Made by a program: the position numbers and the translations under genes. Below, piece by piece: positions 11,611 to 22,137 of a DNA stretch of 64,000 nucleotides. The stretch covers positions 4,368 to 68,367 of the forward strand of contig CAYVDA010000001.1 of NCBI GenBank assembly GCA_964450635.1. Reading direction: 5' to 3'. The notes below the pieces were generated by a model. The model did not search any database and had not been told where the DNA came from. It worked only from the letters and a program-made list of their open reading frames with translations. Source of the stretch: an uncultured Faecalimonas sp. GTDB lineage: Bacteria; Bacillota; Clostridia; Lachnospirales; Lachnospiraceae. How positions within the stretch are numbered: the stretch's first letter is position 1; each line of letters opens with the position of its first letter.

Positions 11611-11629
11611 GTCTCTTCTCTCCTTCTTC

Positions 11630-13237
11630 TTATGAATAGATACACAAACCGTTATGTTCCGCCATAACTGTCTGTCGTTCTATCTGTTCGTTTGTCGTTA
11701 CATAGAAATGTTGCTGCATCTCCAATGGTAAGTATTCCTCCCATTCGACCGGGACATCATGATAATAACCATCGTCTCCATATACAGAAACAATATCCAC
11801 TCGTGGTTCTACATCATAAGAATATGCCGTAATGCACGTCTCATCCACCTGATTTTCTGATCCAACAAAAGAGGATTTTAAAATTGCCTGTGTCTTGGTA
11901 TCCGGATGTACAACCGCACTCCTATCCATTGCATTCGCCAATACTTCACATTCTTTCAAGGAATAGCACTGGGTATAATCCGGGATCGGTTTCAAGGAAT
12001 GAACCGGCCTTTCTTGATATGCCGGAATCGCAAGCAATGGAGCGAAATCAAAGTAAATTGCTTTAAAGAACTCCAGATTCTTGCCAATAAATTTCTCCTC
12101 AATTTCGTCATAAGCATAGGACTTATACATTCCCGGTAAAAGATTCATCGGCCTTCCCTGACTATGATGCGTCAGAATCCGATTGGTTCGTCTTGCTTTT
12201 ATAAAATGGAAATCATCTCCATACCCCAGCTTTGAAAGAATCAAACTTACCATATTGGTCTGTGCTAACGGGGTAAATAACGTTCGGAATTGTACTTCGT
12301 TGGTGCGATCTAAAGCATCAAACAAGACTTCAAAATCCGAATTTGACATGCTCATGAAATCTTCATTCTTTCGAATCGCTTTGTCAGTCTTTTTCTTCAA
12401 CTTCTTCTCGCCACGTTTCACAAATCGTTTCACTGCCTTTTCGCTCTTCTGTTCCAGATGAGAGGCATCCCGGCTGAAAGAAAGGTCCGGTGCTCCTTGT
12501 GAACAGTAATTTAACACCACTTGTGTGCGGTAGAAGGGCTTCGGCTTCGTAACGGACGCATATAAGGTCTGACTTCTAGTCCTTGTATGTGTCTCTCCAT
12601 CACTCCCCTGGTAAGTCTCGGTCCAATGTATGGTTCTGGATCCATGGTAGGTCTCGGTTCCCATGGTATGTACCATTTTATTCTCAAACAAGAATGGATT
12701 CCCATTGTAATCTCCTGCCAGCACACCAAGTGTAGACTGCTCGTCCTCATAAGATTCCTGAAAATCGTAGTTGATTCGCATATCTGCCTCTTGCTGTACC
12801 GAAAAGCTGGAATCAAAAGATAATAATGGGATGGTATCTTCTATTAATTGCAACGCATCTCGATCCGTAAAAAGGCGATTCAGCGGTGCCATCTGTGCTT
12901 CTGCCTCAGCCAGCAATGCCTGTGCCCGATCCTGCGCCTCTTCAATCTCCGCACGGATTGCCTGAATCTTCGGTGTAATCTTCCAAATAACCAACGGGAT
13001 CAGCAATATGGTAATACACATCAGTACACGTAACACCCGCAACCAATGATATTCTTTCTTTAATTTTGTTAAATTAAGATTATATTCCTGGTATTTTTTT
13101 ACTGTTGCCCTGTTTTGTTCAATATCTACTCCGGATTGTCGTACCAAAGTCTGAAAAAATTGATTGGTCTTATCCTCATGGAGTCCTTTCCATTTCTTCA
13201 CGTACTCTTCTAGCGGATTATAAATTACGCTATCCAT
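11630..13237 (-). CDS. Membrane-anchored protein, MAG1210-like family
   Basis: 535 aa; one hydrophobic segment flanked by coiled coil; RTNEVQFRTLFTPLAQ and FKAIYFDFAPLLAIPAYQ motifs recalled from the Mycoplasma MAG1210 family; co-oriented upstream of lemA. Confidence 0.65.
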   Translation of the reverse strand: MDSVIYNPLEEYVKKWKGLHEDKTNQFFQTLVRQSGVDIEQNRATVKKYQEYNLNLTKLKKEYHWLRVLRVLMCITILLIPLVIWKITPKIQAIRAEIEEAQDRAQALLAEAEAQMAPLNRLFTDRDALQLIEDTIPLLSFDSSFSVQQEADMRINYDFQESYEDEQSTLGVLAGDYNGNPFLFENKMVHTMGTETYHGSRTIHWTETYQGSDGETHTRTRSQTLYASVTKPKPFYRTQVVLNYCSQGAPDLSFSRDASHLEQKSEKAVKRFVKRGEKKLKKKTDKAIRKNEDFMSMSNSDFEVLFDALDRTNEVQFRTLFTPLAQTNMVSLILSKLGYGDDFHFIKARRTNRILTHHSQGRPMNLLPGMYKSYAYDEIEEKFIGKNLEFFKAIYFDFAPLLAIPAYQERPVHSLKPIPDYTQCYSLKECEVLANAMDRSAVVHPDTKTQAILKSSFVGSENQVDETCITAYSYDVEPRVDIVSVYGDDGYYHDVPVEWEEYLPLEMQQHFYVTTNEQIERQTVMAEHNGLCIYS

Positions 13238-13304
13238 CTTCTCATCCCCTTTTTCACCATTATACTATTGTTTTTTCCTTTCGTAAACCAGAAATCCCAA
13301 ATAG

Positions 13305-13328
13305 AAAAGGAGGAGCTAAAAGCTCCTC
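13305..13328 (-). terminator. Intrinsic terminator after the FAD oxidoreductase gene
   Basis: GAGGAGCT TTT AGCTCCTC hairpin followed by CTTTT on the minus strand. Confidence 0.65.
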
Positions 13329-13349
13329 ACAATCCACTGTTTCCGTTTT

Positions 13350-14717
13350 TTATTTTCCTGCAATATTTCGTGCAACATGAACACCACTTGCAGATGCATG
13401 CGAAAGGGAATGGGTAATTCCGCTTCCATCTCCAATGATATACAAGCCCTTGTGGGTAGATTCCAGATTCTCATCTACTTCTACTTCCATGTTGTAGAAT
13501 TTTACTTCCACACCATAAAGGAGCGTATCTTCATTGGCTGTACCCGGTGCCACTTTATCCAACGCATAGACCATCTCGATAATACCGTCCAAAATCCGCT
13601 TCGGCAATACCAGGCTAAGGTCTCCCGGTGTTGCATTCAGTGTCGGTGTAATAAATGCCTCTTCGATGCGGCTCGGTGTGGATCTCCGCCCCCGGATCAG
13701 ATCACCAAAGCGCTGCACAATCACCCCACCGCCGAGCATATTGCTGAGGCGGGCAATGGATTCTCCATATCCGTTAGAATCCTTAAATGGCTCTGAGAAA
13801 TGTTTTGCCACAAGCAAAGCAAAGTTGGTATTTTCCGTCTGTTTCGCCGGGTCTTCGTAGCTGTGACCATTTACCGTAATGATTCCGTTGGTATTCTCAT
13901 TTACCACTGCACCCTTCGGATTCATACAGAACGTCCGCACCCGATCCCCGTATTCCTTGGTCCGGTATACAATCTTGCTCTCATACAATTCGTCTGTCAA
14001 ATGGGCAAATACCGCTGCCGGCAATTCCACACGAACACCGATATCGACACGATTGGATTTGGTTGCAATCTGCAAATCCTTACATACGGTCTCCATCCAT
14101 TTGCTACCGCTGCGGCCTACGGAGATGATACATTTCTCACAAGAATAGGTAGCATCTGCGCAGATCACATCATATCCATCTTCCCGGATTGCCACCGTGG
14201 ACACTGGTGTGTCAAAATAGAACTCCACTTTTTCTTTCAAATAGGCATACATATTTTCCAGAACTACATAGTTGATATCGGTTCCCAGATGGCGCACTGA
14301 GGCATCCAACAGGTGAAGATCATTCTGGATGCAAATGGTCTTAAATCGTGTTCCTGCTGTGGAATACAACTTGGTTCCCTCACCGCCATACTCTAAATTG
14401 ATGTCATCTACATAGCGCATCAATTCCAGAGCCTGTTTCTTTCCAATGTATTCATATAAGGTGCCACCAAAATCATTGGTAATATTATATTTTCCATCTG
14501 AAAATGCTCCGGCACCGCCAAATCCACTCATAATACTACAACTCTTACAGTTGATACAACTCTTAATCTTATCTCCGTCAATCGGACATTTCCGTTTTTC
14601 CAAAGCATGGCCTGCCTCAAATACAGCCACTTTCAGCTCCGGCGCCTGCTGCACTAACTCATATGCCGCAAAGATTCCACCCGGTCCTGCTCCTACAATA
14701 ATTACATCATACTTCAT
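13350..14717 (-). CDS. NAD(P)/FAD-dependent oxidoreductase (COG2509-like) with an N-terminal Cys cluster
   Basis: IVGAGPGG, CP..SCINCKSC, GFGGAGAFSDGK and C-terminal IGDGSG motifs. Confidence 0.85.
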   Translation of the reverse strand: MKYDVIIVGAGPGGIFAAYELVQQAPELKVAVFEAGHALEKRKCPIDGDKIKSCINCKSCSIMSGFGGAGAFSDGKYNITNDFGGTLYEYIGKKQALELMRYVDDINLEYGGEGTKLYSTAGTRFKTICIQNDLHLLDASVRHLGTDINYVVLENMYAYLKEKVEFYFDTPVSTVAIREDGYDVICADATYSCEKCIISVGRSGSKWMETVCKDLQIATKSNRVDIGVRVELPAAVFAHLTDELYESKIVYRTKEYGDRVRTFCMNPKGAVVNENTNGIITVNGHSYEDPAKQTENTNFALLVAKHFSEPFKDSNGYGESIARLSNMLGGGVIVQRFGDLIRGRRSTPSRIEEAFITPTLNATPGDLSLVLPKRILDGIIEMVYALDKVAPGTANEDTLLYGVEVKFYNMEVEVDENLESTHKGLYIIGDGSGITHSLSHASASGVHVARNIAGK

Positions 14718-14775
14718 CTTTTATTTACCTCATACATGAAACCTAGTTTCGCGCCTTGCGCAGTTTCCTTTTGGA

Positions 14776-14803
14776 ATTATATCAGATTTTATGAATTTGG
14801 CAA
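14776..14803 (-). promoter_or_regulatory. SigA-type promoter for the FAD oxidoreductase gene
   Basis: TTGCCA-16 nt-TATAAT with an extended -10 TG. Confidence 0.55.
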
Positions 14804-14852
14804 TCTTTTTTGCCTTTTTTTCAACTTTTATTCTAATTCCTTCCGTCTGTTT

Positions 14853-16430
14853 TTACTTTCGTACCAATTCACTATATTTCATTACCACACCATACCAGTT
14901 ACTCATAACCAGGTAATTGGCACGGATGGTCACCCGATCTCCCACAGTGACTTCCTGATAAAAATCATCTGTTGGAAAAATGCACAGGGCATAGCACTGG
15001 CCGTCCACCTGATCCGAAAGTTCCACAGAAGGTTTGTTATGAATGTCCGGTCCTATTTTAGTAACAATGCCGGTTACTTCAAACCGTTTGTCCTGATATT
15101 TTCCGAGGGATTTCTCTAAATCTTCGCTCAATTCCATACAAAGTTCCCGAACTTCAAACGGTGTTTCCTGTTCCAACAATGGCATGGCCTTTGTCTCAAT
15201 TTTATGTGTTTTTAATCCGGATGGATGTTTGGGATAAAAGAGCAACTCCTCCTTATCTCGATCCACTTTTCCTTTCTGTATCTTCATCATCTCCACCTCC
15301 CGTTCCAGAATGGGTTTTCCGTCTATCCATATTTGAATAATCTTCGTGCTGTCAGTGATCTGCTGATCCGGTCTTCCCTCCACCAAAATCATAGTCGCAG
15401 TCTTTCCTGTCTCAATTGTTCCAGCTCCTTCTATACCGAATATCTCTGCTGTCGTCTTTGTGGCACTTTGTAGCACTTCAAGCGGGGTTAGTCCTGCTTC
15501 AACTAAGAGTTTCATCTCATCATGCACGGCCGCTCCATGCTTTAATTTCGGCACGAAGAAGGAATCACTGGCATCCGTTGCCACAAGAATGGGAACATGC
15601 AGAGAATGTAGCAGCGCCACGCCTTCTTTTGCATCTTGATAATCTTCCTTGTCATATCCGTAGAAAGGGGAGTTTGCAAATGCCTGCATCATGGCAAGGG
15701 TCGGCATCACAGTAATCTGTTTTTCCGCAATGGTCTCCGCCAAATCTTTTGGAAATGTCTCCCCAATTGGAATATGAATCAACATATCCACTCCTACTTC
15801 TGTGGCCATTCGTACTGTCTCTATAGAAATAGCATGAACAGCCACTTTCAGACTCTTTTCGTGGGCACTTTGAACCAAGGCTTCTAAGACAGACCGCTCC
15901 ATCATACCCCCGCCCATAATCTGTGGCACATCGGCTACGACTTTGATATATTTTCCACCCTGTGCAATCGTATCTGCCACAAAGCTTTCCGGATCTTCCA
16001 CATCTAACCAGATGCTAGACCGCGAGGACCATACCTCAAGTGTCTGATAGGACTCCTCTAAATCTGCGGATGCTGATACATCACAGACCGTCGTTACGCC
16101 ATTTTTTACCGATTGTTCCATCTGATAGGGCGTAGATAAATGGGCGTGTCCATCCAACAATCCCGGCATAAGGAAATATTTCTGTTCCTTCTCACCTTCT
16201 TTCAGAATCGTCTCTTCTGTGATCATCCCGTCTTCTATAACCACCGTACTATCTTCCCAGACCTTTTCCCCATCAAACACTGCGCAAGTCAAGGTCGTTG
16301 TATCTTCTTCTATTGTCTGCAAATCAATCTTCACATCATTTGCACGTAAATGAGATCCAAGAAGCACCACACACACCACCAATCCGAGAATTCCTATCAT
16401 CCATAAGATTCTTTTCTTTTTCTTCGTCAT
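14853..16430 (-). CDS. Membrane-anchored amidohydrolase fused to a C-terminal OB-fold (tRNA_anti-like) domain
   Basis: N-terminal signal anchor; MPGLLDGHAHL, GVTTVCD, VAVHA, LIH and ATDA amidohydrolase motifs; C-terminal KYQDKRFEVTGIVTKIG OB-fold-like segment. Confidence 0.75.
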   Translation of the reverse strand: MTKKKKRILWMIGILGLVVCVVLLGSHLRANDVKIDLQTIEEDTTTLTCAVFDGEKVWEDSTVVIEDGMITEETILKEGEKEQKYFLMPGLLDGHAHLSTPYQMEQSVKNGVTTVCDVSASADLEESYQTLEVWSSRSSIWLDVEDPESFVADTIAQGGKYIKVVADVPQIMGGGMMERSVLEALVQSAHEKSLKVAVHAISIETVRMATEVGVDMLIHIPIGETFPKDLAETIAEKQITVMPTLAMMQAFANSPFYGYDKEDYQDAKEGVALLHSLHVPILVATDASDSFFVPKLKHGAAVHDEMKLLVEAGLTPLEVLQSATKTTAEIFGIEGAGTIETGKTATMILVEGRPDQQITDSTKIIQIWIDGKPILEREVEMMKIQKGKVDRDKEELLFYPKHPSGLKTHKIETKAMPLLEQETPFEVRELCMELSEDLEKSLGKYQDKRFEVTGIVTKIGPDIHNKPSVELSDQVDGQCYALCIFPTDDFYQEVTVGDRVTIRANYLVMSNWYGVVMKYSELVRK

Positions 16431-16470
16431 TTATTTCTCCTGTTTTTCCATTTCCCAACTGTTACATAGC

Positions 16471-16506
16471 AAAGGAGCCACAACATATCTCTGCTGTTGT
16501 AGCCCC
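16471..16506 (-). terminator. Terminator after purD
   Basis: GGGGCTACAACA...TGTTGTGGCTCC stem followed by TTT on the minus strand. Confidence 0.55.
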
Positions 16507-16522
16507 TCTCATCTCTTCTAAC

Positions 16523-17794
16523 CTATGCTTCATCAATGGCTTTTCCAATATCATTTCTCTTATATTTATTGGCAAACTGAACCCATTCGGTTGCCTCATA
16601 AGCATTCTTTCTTGCTTCTTTTAAATCGCTTCCTTTTGCCGTAACGCCTAAGACACGACCACCATTGGTAACAATCTGTCCATCCGCGAACTTGGTTCCT
16701 GCATGGAAGCAATAGTAACCATCTTTATCTTTGAAAACCTCTAATCCTGTAATCGGAAGACCTTTCTCATATTTTACCGGATATCCTTCTGAAGCAAGTA
16801 CCACGCAGACTGCCGCATTCTCTTCAAATTGCAGATCAACCTGATCTAAAGTGCCGTCAATGCAGGCTTCCATCACTTCCACAATGTCTGTCTTCATCCG
16901 TGGCAATACAACCTGGGCTTCCGGATCACCAAACCTTGCATTGTATTCCAATACTCTCGGTCCTTCCTCCGTCAACATCAAGCCAAAGAAAATGATTCCT
17001 TTGAACGGTCTGCCTTCTGCTTTCATGGCATCTACCGTTGCCTGATAGATATATTTCTTACAAAATGCATCGACTTCTTCTGTATAGAATGGACTTGGGG
17101 AAAAGGTTCCCATGCCTCCTGTATTCAACCCTTTGTCGCCATCCATAGCACGTTTGTGATCCTGGGCAGATGTCATTGGCCGAATGGTCTCTCCATCTAC
17201 GAAGGTCAATACGGATACTTCCCGGCCTGTCATAAATTCTTCTATAACCATGGTATTTCCGGCTGTACCGAATTGCTTATCTAACATAATAGTGCGCACA
17301 CCTTCTTGGGCTTCCTCCAAGGTGTTGCAGATGAGAACCCCTTTGCCCAGTGCCAAACCATCTGCTTTCAATACGATTGGGAACTTGGCTGTCTCCAGAT
17401 AAGCCATAGCCTTCTTTGGATCATCGAAATTCTCATAAGCTGCAGTAGGAATGTTGTATTTTTTCATCAAATCCTTGGAAAATGCTTTGGACCCTTCCAG
17501 AATCGCTGCATTCTTCCGCGGTCCGAAGACCCGTAATCCTTCTGCTTCAAAAGCATCTACAATACCGCCTACAAGAGGATCATCCATCCCGATAATCGTC
17601 AGATCAATCTCTTTTTCTTTGGCAAATGCTACTAATTTATCAAATTCCATGGCACCGATGGCAACACATTCTGCATATTCTGCAATCCCTGCATTACCCG
17701 GCGCACAATATATCTTCTCAACCCGATTGCTCTTGGCAACACTCCATGCAATAGCATGTTCTCTGCCGCCGCTTCCTACGATTAATACCTTCAT
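16523..17794 (-). CDS. purD: Phosphoribosylamine-glycine ligase
   Basis: GSGGREHA, KADGLALGKGV, QDHKR, NTGGMG and EYNARFGDPE motifs. Confidence 0.97.
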   Translation of the reverse strand: MKVLIVGSGGREHAIAWSVAKSNRVEKIYCAPGNAGIAEYAECVAIGAMEFDKLVAFAKEKEIDLTIIGMDDPLVGGIVDAFEAEGLRVFGPRKNAAILEGSKAFSKDLMKKYNIPTAAYENFDDPKKAMAYLETAKFPIVLKADGLALGKGVLICNTLEEAQEGVRTIMLDKQFGTAGNTMVIEEFMTGREVSVLTFVDGETIRPMTSAQDHKRAMDGDKGLNTGGMGTFSPSPFYTEEVDAFCKKYIYQATVDAMKAEGRPFKGIIFFGLMLTEEGPRVLEYNARFGDPEAQVVLPRMKTDIVEVMEACIDGTLDQVDLQFEENAAVCVVLASEGYPVKYEKGLPITGLEVFKDKDGYYCFHAGTKFADGQIVTNGGRVLGVTAKGSDLKEARKNAYEATEWVQFANKYKRNDIGKAIDEA

Positions 17795-17803
17795 GCTTTC
17801 CTC

Positions 17804-18427
17804 CTACGAAATCACTGCTTTTCCTTCTATCATCTGTACCTTCCCATTAGCAATCTTATCAATAGCCTGTGGGAGAATCTTCCACTCAGCCTGCTCCATG
17901 ACACGACGCTGCAATACTTCCGGTGTGTCTCCCGGCTGAACTTCCACTGCCTTCTGTAAGAGAATGGCTCCCGTATCCGTTCCTTCATCAACGAAATGAA
18001 CCGTAGCTCCTACCACTTTGACACCTTTTTCCAATGCTGCCTCGTGTACTTTCAATCCGTAGAATCCGGTTCCGCAAAAAGCCGGAATCAAGGATGGATG
18101 GATATTGATGATACGGTTGCGATATTTTTCAATCATCATCTCCGGAATCACTACTAAGTAACCAGCAAGAACAATAAGATCCGGTTCCAGCTCCTCCACT
18201 GTCTCTAAGAGTGCCTTGTGAAATGCTTCCCGATTCTCATATTCTTTCGGTGATACACACAGAGCCGGGATCTCATGCTTGCGAGCCCGCTCTAAGGCAT
18301 AAGCATTCTGGTTGTTACTGATGACACCGACTAACCGGGTATTGGTAATGGTTCCTTGCTCCACCCCGTCAATAATGGCCTGCAAATTGGTTCCGCCTCC
18401 GGATACCATGACTACCACTCTTAGCAT
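17804..18427 (-). CDS. purN: Phosphoribosylglycinamide formyltransferase
   Basis: [16 protein letters not shown] and [14 protein letters not shown] motifs. Confidence 0.96.
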   Translation of the reverse strand: MLRVVVMVSGGGTNLQAIIDGVEQGTITNTRLVGVISNNQNAYALERARKHEIPALCVSPKEYENREAFHKALLETVEELEPDLIVLAGYLVVIPEMMIEKYRNRIINIHPSLIPAFCGTGFYGLKVHEAALEKGVKVVGATVHFVDEGTDTGAILLQKAVEVQPGDTPEVLQRRVMEQAEWKILPQAIDKIANGKVQMIEGKAVIS

Positions 18428-19446
18428 AAAGTAACTCCTTTTTCGCCTGCTTCAATATGTCCTACAACATAGCCGTCTTCTCCTGCTTCCTTAATCGCAG
18501 CTAAAGTTGCATCTACATCCTCTTTCTTCACAGCCAGTACCATACCAAGACCCATGTTGAATGTATTGTACATCATCTGTTCTGCAATGTTACCGTCCAC
18601 AGCCAACATCTCAAAAATTGGCGGTATCGGATAGCTGTCTTTCTTCACAACAGCATGCATTCCTTCCGGAAGCATACGCGGAATATTTTCATAGAATCCA
18701 CCACCGGTAATATGGCTGCAGGCTTTAATTGTAATGCCTGCTTCTTTGATGGTGCGAAGGGCTTTTACATAAATCTTGGTCGGTGCAAGCAATGCCTCTC
18801 CAAGGGAACATCCAAGAGAATCATATTCTCTCTTTAATGCTTCTTCCTTCATATCAAATACTTTTCTCACAAGGGAGAATCCGTTACTATGTACACCGGA
18901 AGATGCCATACCAATCAGGACATCTCCATCCTGCAAGTCTTTTCCTGTGATCAGATCTTTTTCATCTACGATGCCGACTGCAAATCCAGCCAAATCGTAT
19001 TCGTCTACCGGATAGAATCCCGGCATCTCCGCAGTCTCTCCACCAATCAAAGCGGCACCGGACTGCAAACATCCATCTGCTACTCCTTTTACAATCGTCG
19101 CAATCTTCTCCGGTTCGTTCTTACCACAAGCAATGTAATCTAAGAAGAACAATGGCTCTCCACCTGCACATGCAATATCATTAACGCACATCGCAACGCA
19201 GTCAATTCCGATGGTATCATGCTTGTCCATTAAAAAAGCTAATTTTAATTTGGTTCCAACACCGTCAGTTCCGGAAACCAAAGTTGGTTTTTCCATGTCT
19301 TTGAAACGTTCCATGGAAAAAGCACCGGAAAATCCACCAAGGTTGGTTAAAACCTCCGGACGCATGGTCTGCTGCACGTGTTTCTTCATAAGTTCTACTG
19401 ATTTGTAACCGGCTTCAATGTCAACGCCTGCTTTCTTGTAATCCAT
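18421..19446 (-). CDS. purM: Phosphoribosylformylglycinamidine cyclo-ligase
   Basis: [23 protein letters not shown] and HSNGFS motifs. Start set at ATG 19446. Confidence 0.97.
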   Translation of the reverse strand: MDYKKAGVDIEAGYKSVELMKKHVQQTMRPEVLTNLGGFSGAFSMERFKDMEKPTLVSGTDGVGTKLKLAFLMDKHDTIGIDCVAMCVNDIACAGGEPLFFLDYIACGKNEPEKIATIVKGVADGCLQSGAALIGGETAEMPGFYPVDEYDLAGFAVGIVDEKDLITGKDLQDGDVLIGMASSGVHSNGFSLVRKVFDMKEEALKREYDSLGCSLGEALLAPTKIYVKALRTIKEAGITIKACSHITGGGFYENIPRMLPEGMHAVVKKDSYPIPPIFEMLAVDGNIAEQMMYNTFNMGLGMVLAVKKEDVDATLAAIKEAGEDGYVVGHIEAGEKGVTLC

Positions 19447-19464
19447 CTCATTTCCTCCTTGCAA

Positions 19465-19977
19465 TTACATCTGCTTGATATATTCTTTATGGCCCAAATG
19501 GTCCAGTTTCTCTGCCTTTGCCTGTACCGTCTCTTTCATCTCTACGGTATATGCTTTCAATCGTTCCAACAATTCCGGATCAGAAACAGCCAGCATTCTT
19601 GCTGCTAAAATCGCTGCATTCATTCCGCCATCAATGGCTACGGTCGCAACCGGAATTCCTGGTGGCATCTGCACGATGGAATAGAGCGCATCCATGCCAT
19701 CTAAATTCTTTCCGGACATTGGCACGCCAATCACCGGCAATGGGAAGATCGCTGCACACATTCCCGGAAGATGTGCCGCCATACCAGCTCCTGCAATAAT
19801 CACTTTGAATCCCTTTTCTTCTGCTGTCTTGGCATATTCAAAAAATACATCCGGTTCCCGATGTGCGGAAATAATCGTCATCTCGTATTCAATTCCCAAT
19901 TTTTCCAACATATCTGCCGCTTTTCCCATAACTTTTAAGTCTGAGTCGCTACCCATAACAATTCCAACTTTTGGCAT
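19465..19977 (-). CDS. purE: N5-carboxyaminoimidazole ribonucleotide mutase
   Basis: MGSDSD, SAHR, GAGMAAHLPG and QMPPGIPVATV motifs. Confidence 0.97.
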   Translation of the reverse strand: MPKVGIVMGSDSDLKVMGKAADMLEKLGIEYEMTIISAHREPDVFFEYAKTAEEKGFKVIIAGAGMAAHLPGMCAAIFPLPVIGVPMSGKNLDGMDALYSIVQMPPGIPVATVAIDGGMNAAILAARMLAVSDPELLERLKAYTVEMKETVQAKAEKLDHLGHKEYIKQM

Positions 19978-20015
19978 CTTGTTTCTCCTTCCATGTGTCC
20001 GATTTACCTAGTTTT

Positions 20016-20044
20016 ATTGTACTGATGGCACTTTCTAATGTCAA
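20016..20044 (-). promoter_or_regulatory. SigA promoter of purEMND
   Basis: TTGACA-17 nt-TACAAT on the minus strand. Confidence 0.75.
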
Positions 20045-20079
20045 CCGTTCCACTCGTTATCAATCCTTATAAATATTTA

Positions 20080-22137
20080 TCACATCTCATCAAAGGGCTC
20101 ATTTAACACTTCGGTGCCCGGCAGAACGAACCGGCCGTCTTTCAGGATGCAGATTCTTCTCTCATCCGGACATACCACACTGATTTCTTCAATCTCTTCA
20201 TATGGAATGGTAATATCCGTATGGCACTGAAAATATGCCTTTGCCACATCCTCTTTCCGAAGAATGGAAATCTCATTGTCCTTCGCCACGATTTCTTTTC
20301 CATTCTTGTTATACAAGCGATGTTCTTCGCTCCAACTATAACAGGTATCGCCCAAGGCAAAATGTGGACCCATCTTCTCCGCAATCAGAATCGGGAATTT
20401 CTCTTCTATTCCATATTTCTTCGCTACTACATAGGCCGTAGTATTGGTTCCGATGGCAAATTCTCCCATCGGCAAGGTGTCGTGGTTATATAACACATTG
20501 TGTTTAATAAATGTCCTACCCTCTTCTTCCTCCTGGAAATTCCGACAGCCATAATCCTTTACCATACCATCTTCAAATACCACTTTCAAATCTTGATACT
20601 GTAATTCATCCAGATAGACTTTACTTACATGGAGGGTTCCATTGGTGCCCTTTAGCACCGGAGAGGTGAAAACTTCTCCTACCGGGATATTCACATCTGC
20701 CACACAGTTTTCAAAAATGGTCTCTTTCTCCGGATCTGTCAGCCGGTATAACTGCACTTTCAGGTCGGTCTCATTCGTCCCTTTTCCTAAAATGTGTACA
20801 TATTCTCCCTGGTCTAAGGCATCAATCAAAGTCTGCTGTACCTTTTCATAAACCTGCATATCTAAGGTATTTATTCGAATAATCTCGTTGAATATCTCTT
20901 CGTATTTCGGTCCAATCTCCGGCAACGGATAAGCGATAATGGTAAAGCTTCTCTCTTCTCCTTTGATATATTGGTTGGTCAATTGACCGGATTTGCTCTG
21001 GAAAAGGACGGATAACTTCTCTTGCTTCTCCGTCAAGCGGATGCTCTCTTCCTTCTGCACCGGAAGAAATGGAACTTCCCCAAAGACTTCTACCACCGCC
21101 GGTCCTGCATGTTTTCCAGCCAACTCTTTGACTTCCTCGAAGGCATTTTTCATCACATCCAGTTTCCGCTCTACAAATTTCTTATCTAAGAATAATCCAT
21201 TGTCAAATCGATGATCGTACTCATATTGTTTGTTGGCTGCTGTGCTTCCATAACCGCTCTTACGATTGGCTCTCTTGGTCACCACACTGACCGGCACACG
21301 GTATGCCGTAGGCTCCAATCCCATATCCCGGAAATTCGCAATGGCAAGTTTCATCATCCGCTCAAATCCAACCGGATAATGGATATTTACCGTCTCTTTC
21401 TTGGATAGATCAATTCCCGCCGCCACAAATCCTAACCGATAACCTTCTGTATAGACTTCTGCCATGCGATTGAGTACCTCGTCAGGCAGGCTCTGCAAAT
21501 GCATGGCGGTCTTTCTCTCATTGTCCGAGATATACTCTCCGTATTGGTACAGATAACGCAGATCTGAAAGATCTGATTTCTCAATAATCGCAATAGCGAA
21601 ATCTTCCTTGGGATCTACCTGCTCGACAATTCGATCCGCCACAAAGACATCGCAATAATCACTGGCATACCAATAGAAAATATCATGGAGAGTCTTACTA
21701 TCCGGCTGTTCTTCCTCTTCAAAAGCGTTATATACTTCAATAAACAGTTCATTGCAAATGGCCAGATATTCTGTCTTTCCTTCGTAGACGTACGGAATCT
21801 CGCCTCTCATTTCTGTATAGAGAGCACTTAAAAATGGGCCGTAGACCTCTCCTAGCTGTTCCTTGGCATAGGTGGGATTGGCATAGCTTTTCTCATATTG
21901 TGCTTCTAAAATATCCTGATACAAGCTATGATTTTCCTGCTCCAACTCTTCTAAGGTGCACTCCTTATAAGACATTTTCTGAAGCCGATTTCCTACCCGT
22001 TCGATCTGTAGCAAAAATTCTGCCACCCGATAAAAATAATCCCGATAAGGCTCTGCCACGGTTTTTTCTTCTAAAATTCTATGAATCCGCTGAAGCGTCA
22101 GATCATAGCGTTCCAAACTCTGCATGTTGTCGTTCAT
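20080..22137 (-). CDS. Aminopeptidase (M29 thermophilic metalloprotease-like) with a long N-terminal extension
   Basis: NIPVGEVFTSP, MGEFAIGTN, EKMGPHFALG and HTDIT motifs. Confidence 0.85.
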   Translation of the reverse strand: MNDNMQSLERYDLTLQRIHRILEEKTVAEPYRDYFYRVAEFLLQIERVGNRLQKMSYKECTLEELEQENHSLYQDILEAQYEKSYANPTYAKEQLGEVYGPFLSALYTEMRGEIPYVYEGKTEYLAICNELFIEVYNAFEEEEQPDSKTLHDIFYWYASDYCDVFVADRIVEQVDPKEDFAIAIIEKSDLSDLRYLYQYGEYISDNERKTAMHLQSLPDEVLNRMAEVYTEGYRLGFVAAGIDLSKKETVNIHYPVGFERMMKLAIANFRDMGLEPTAYRVPVSVVTKRANRKSGYGSTAANKQYEYDHRFDNGLFLDKKFVERKLDVMKNAFEEVKELAGKHAGPAVVEVFGEVPFLPVQKEESIRLTEKQEKLSVLFQSKSGQLTNQYIKGEERSFTIIAYPLPEIGPKYEEIFNEIIRINTLDMQVYEKVQQTLIDALDQGEYVHILGKGTNETDLKVQLYRLTDPEKETIFENCVADVNIPVGEVFTSPVLKGTNGTLHVSKVYLDELQYQDLKVVFEDGMVKDYGCRNFQEEEEGRTFIKHNVLYNHDTLPMGEFAIGTNTTAYVVAKKYGIEEKFPILIAEKMGPHFALGDTCYSWSEEHRLYNKNGKEIVAKDNEISILRKEDVAKAYFQCHTDITIPYEEIEEISVVCPDERRICILKDGRFVLPGTEVLNEPFDEM

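Noticed and set aside
19978-20079. Purine, ZTP or PRPP riboswitch upstream of purE
   Set aside because: The leader after the -10 is only about 35 nt and shows no aptamer consensus.
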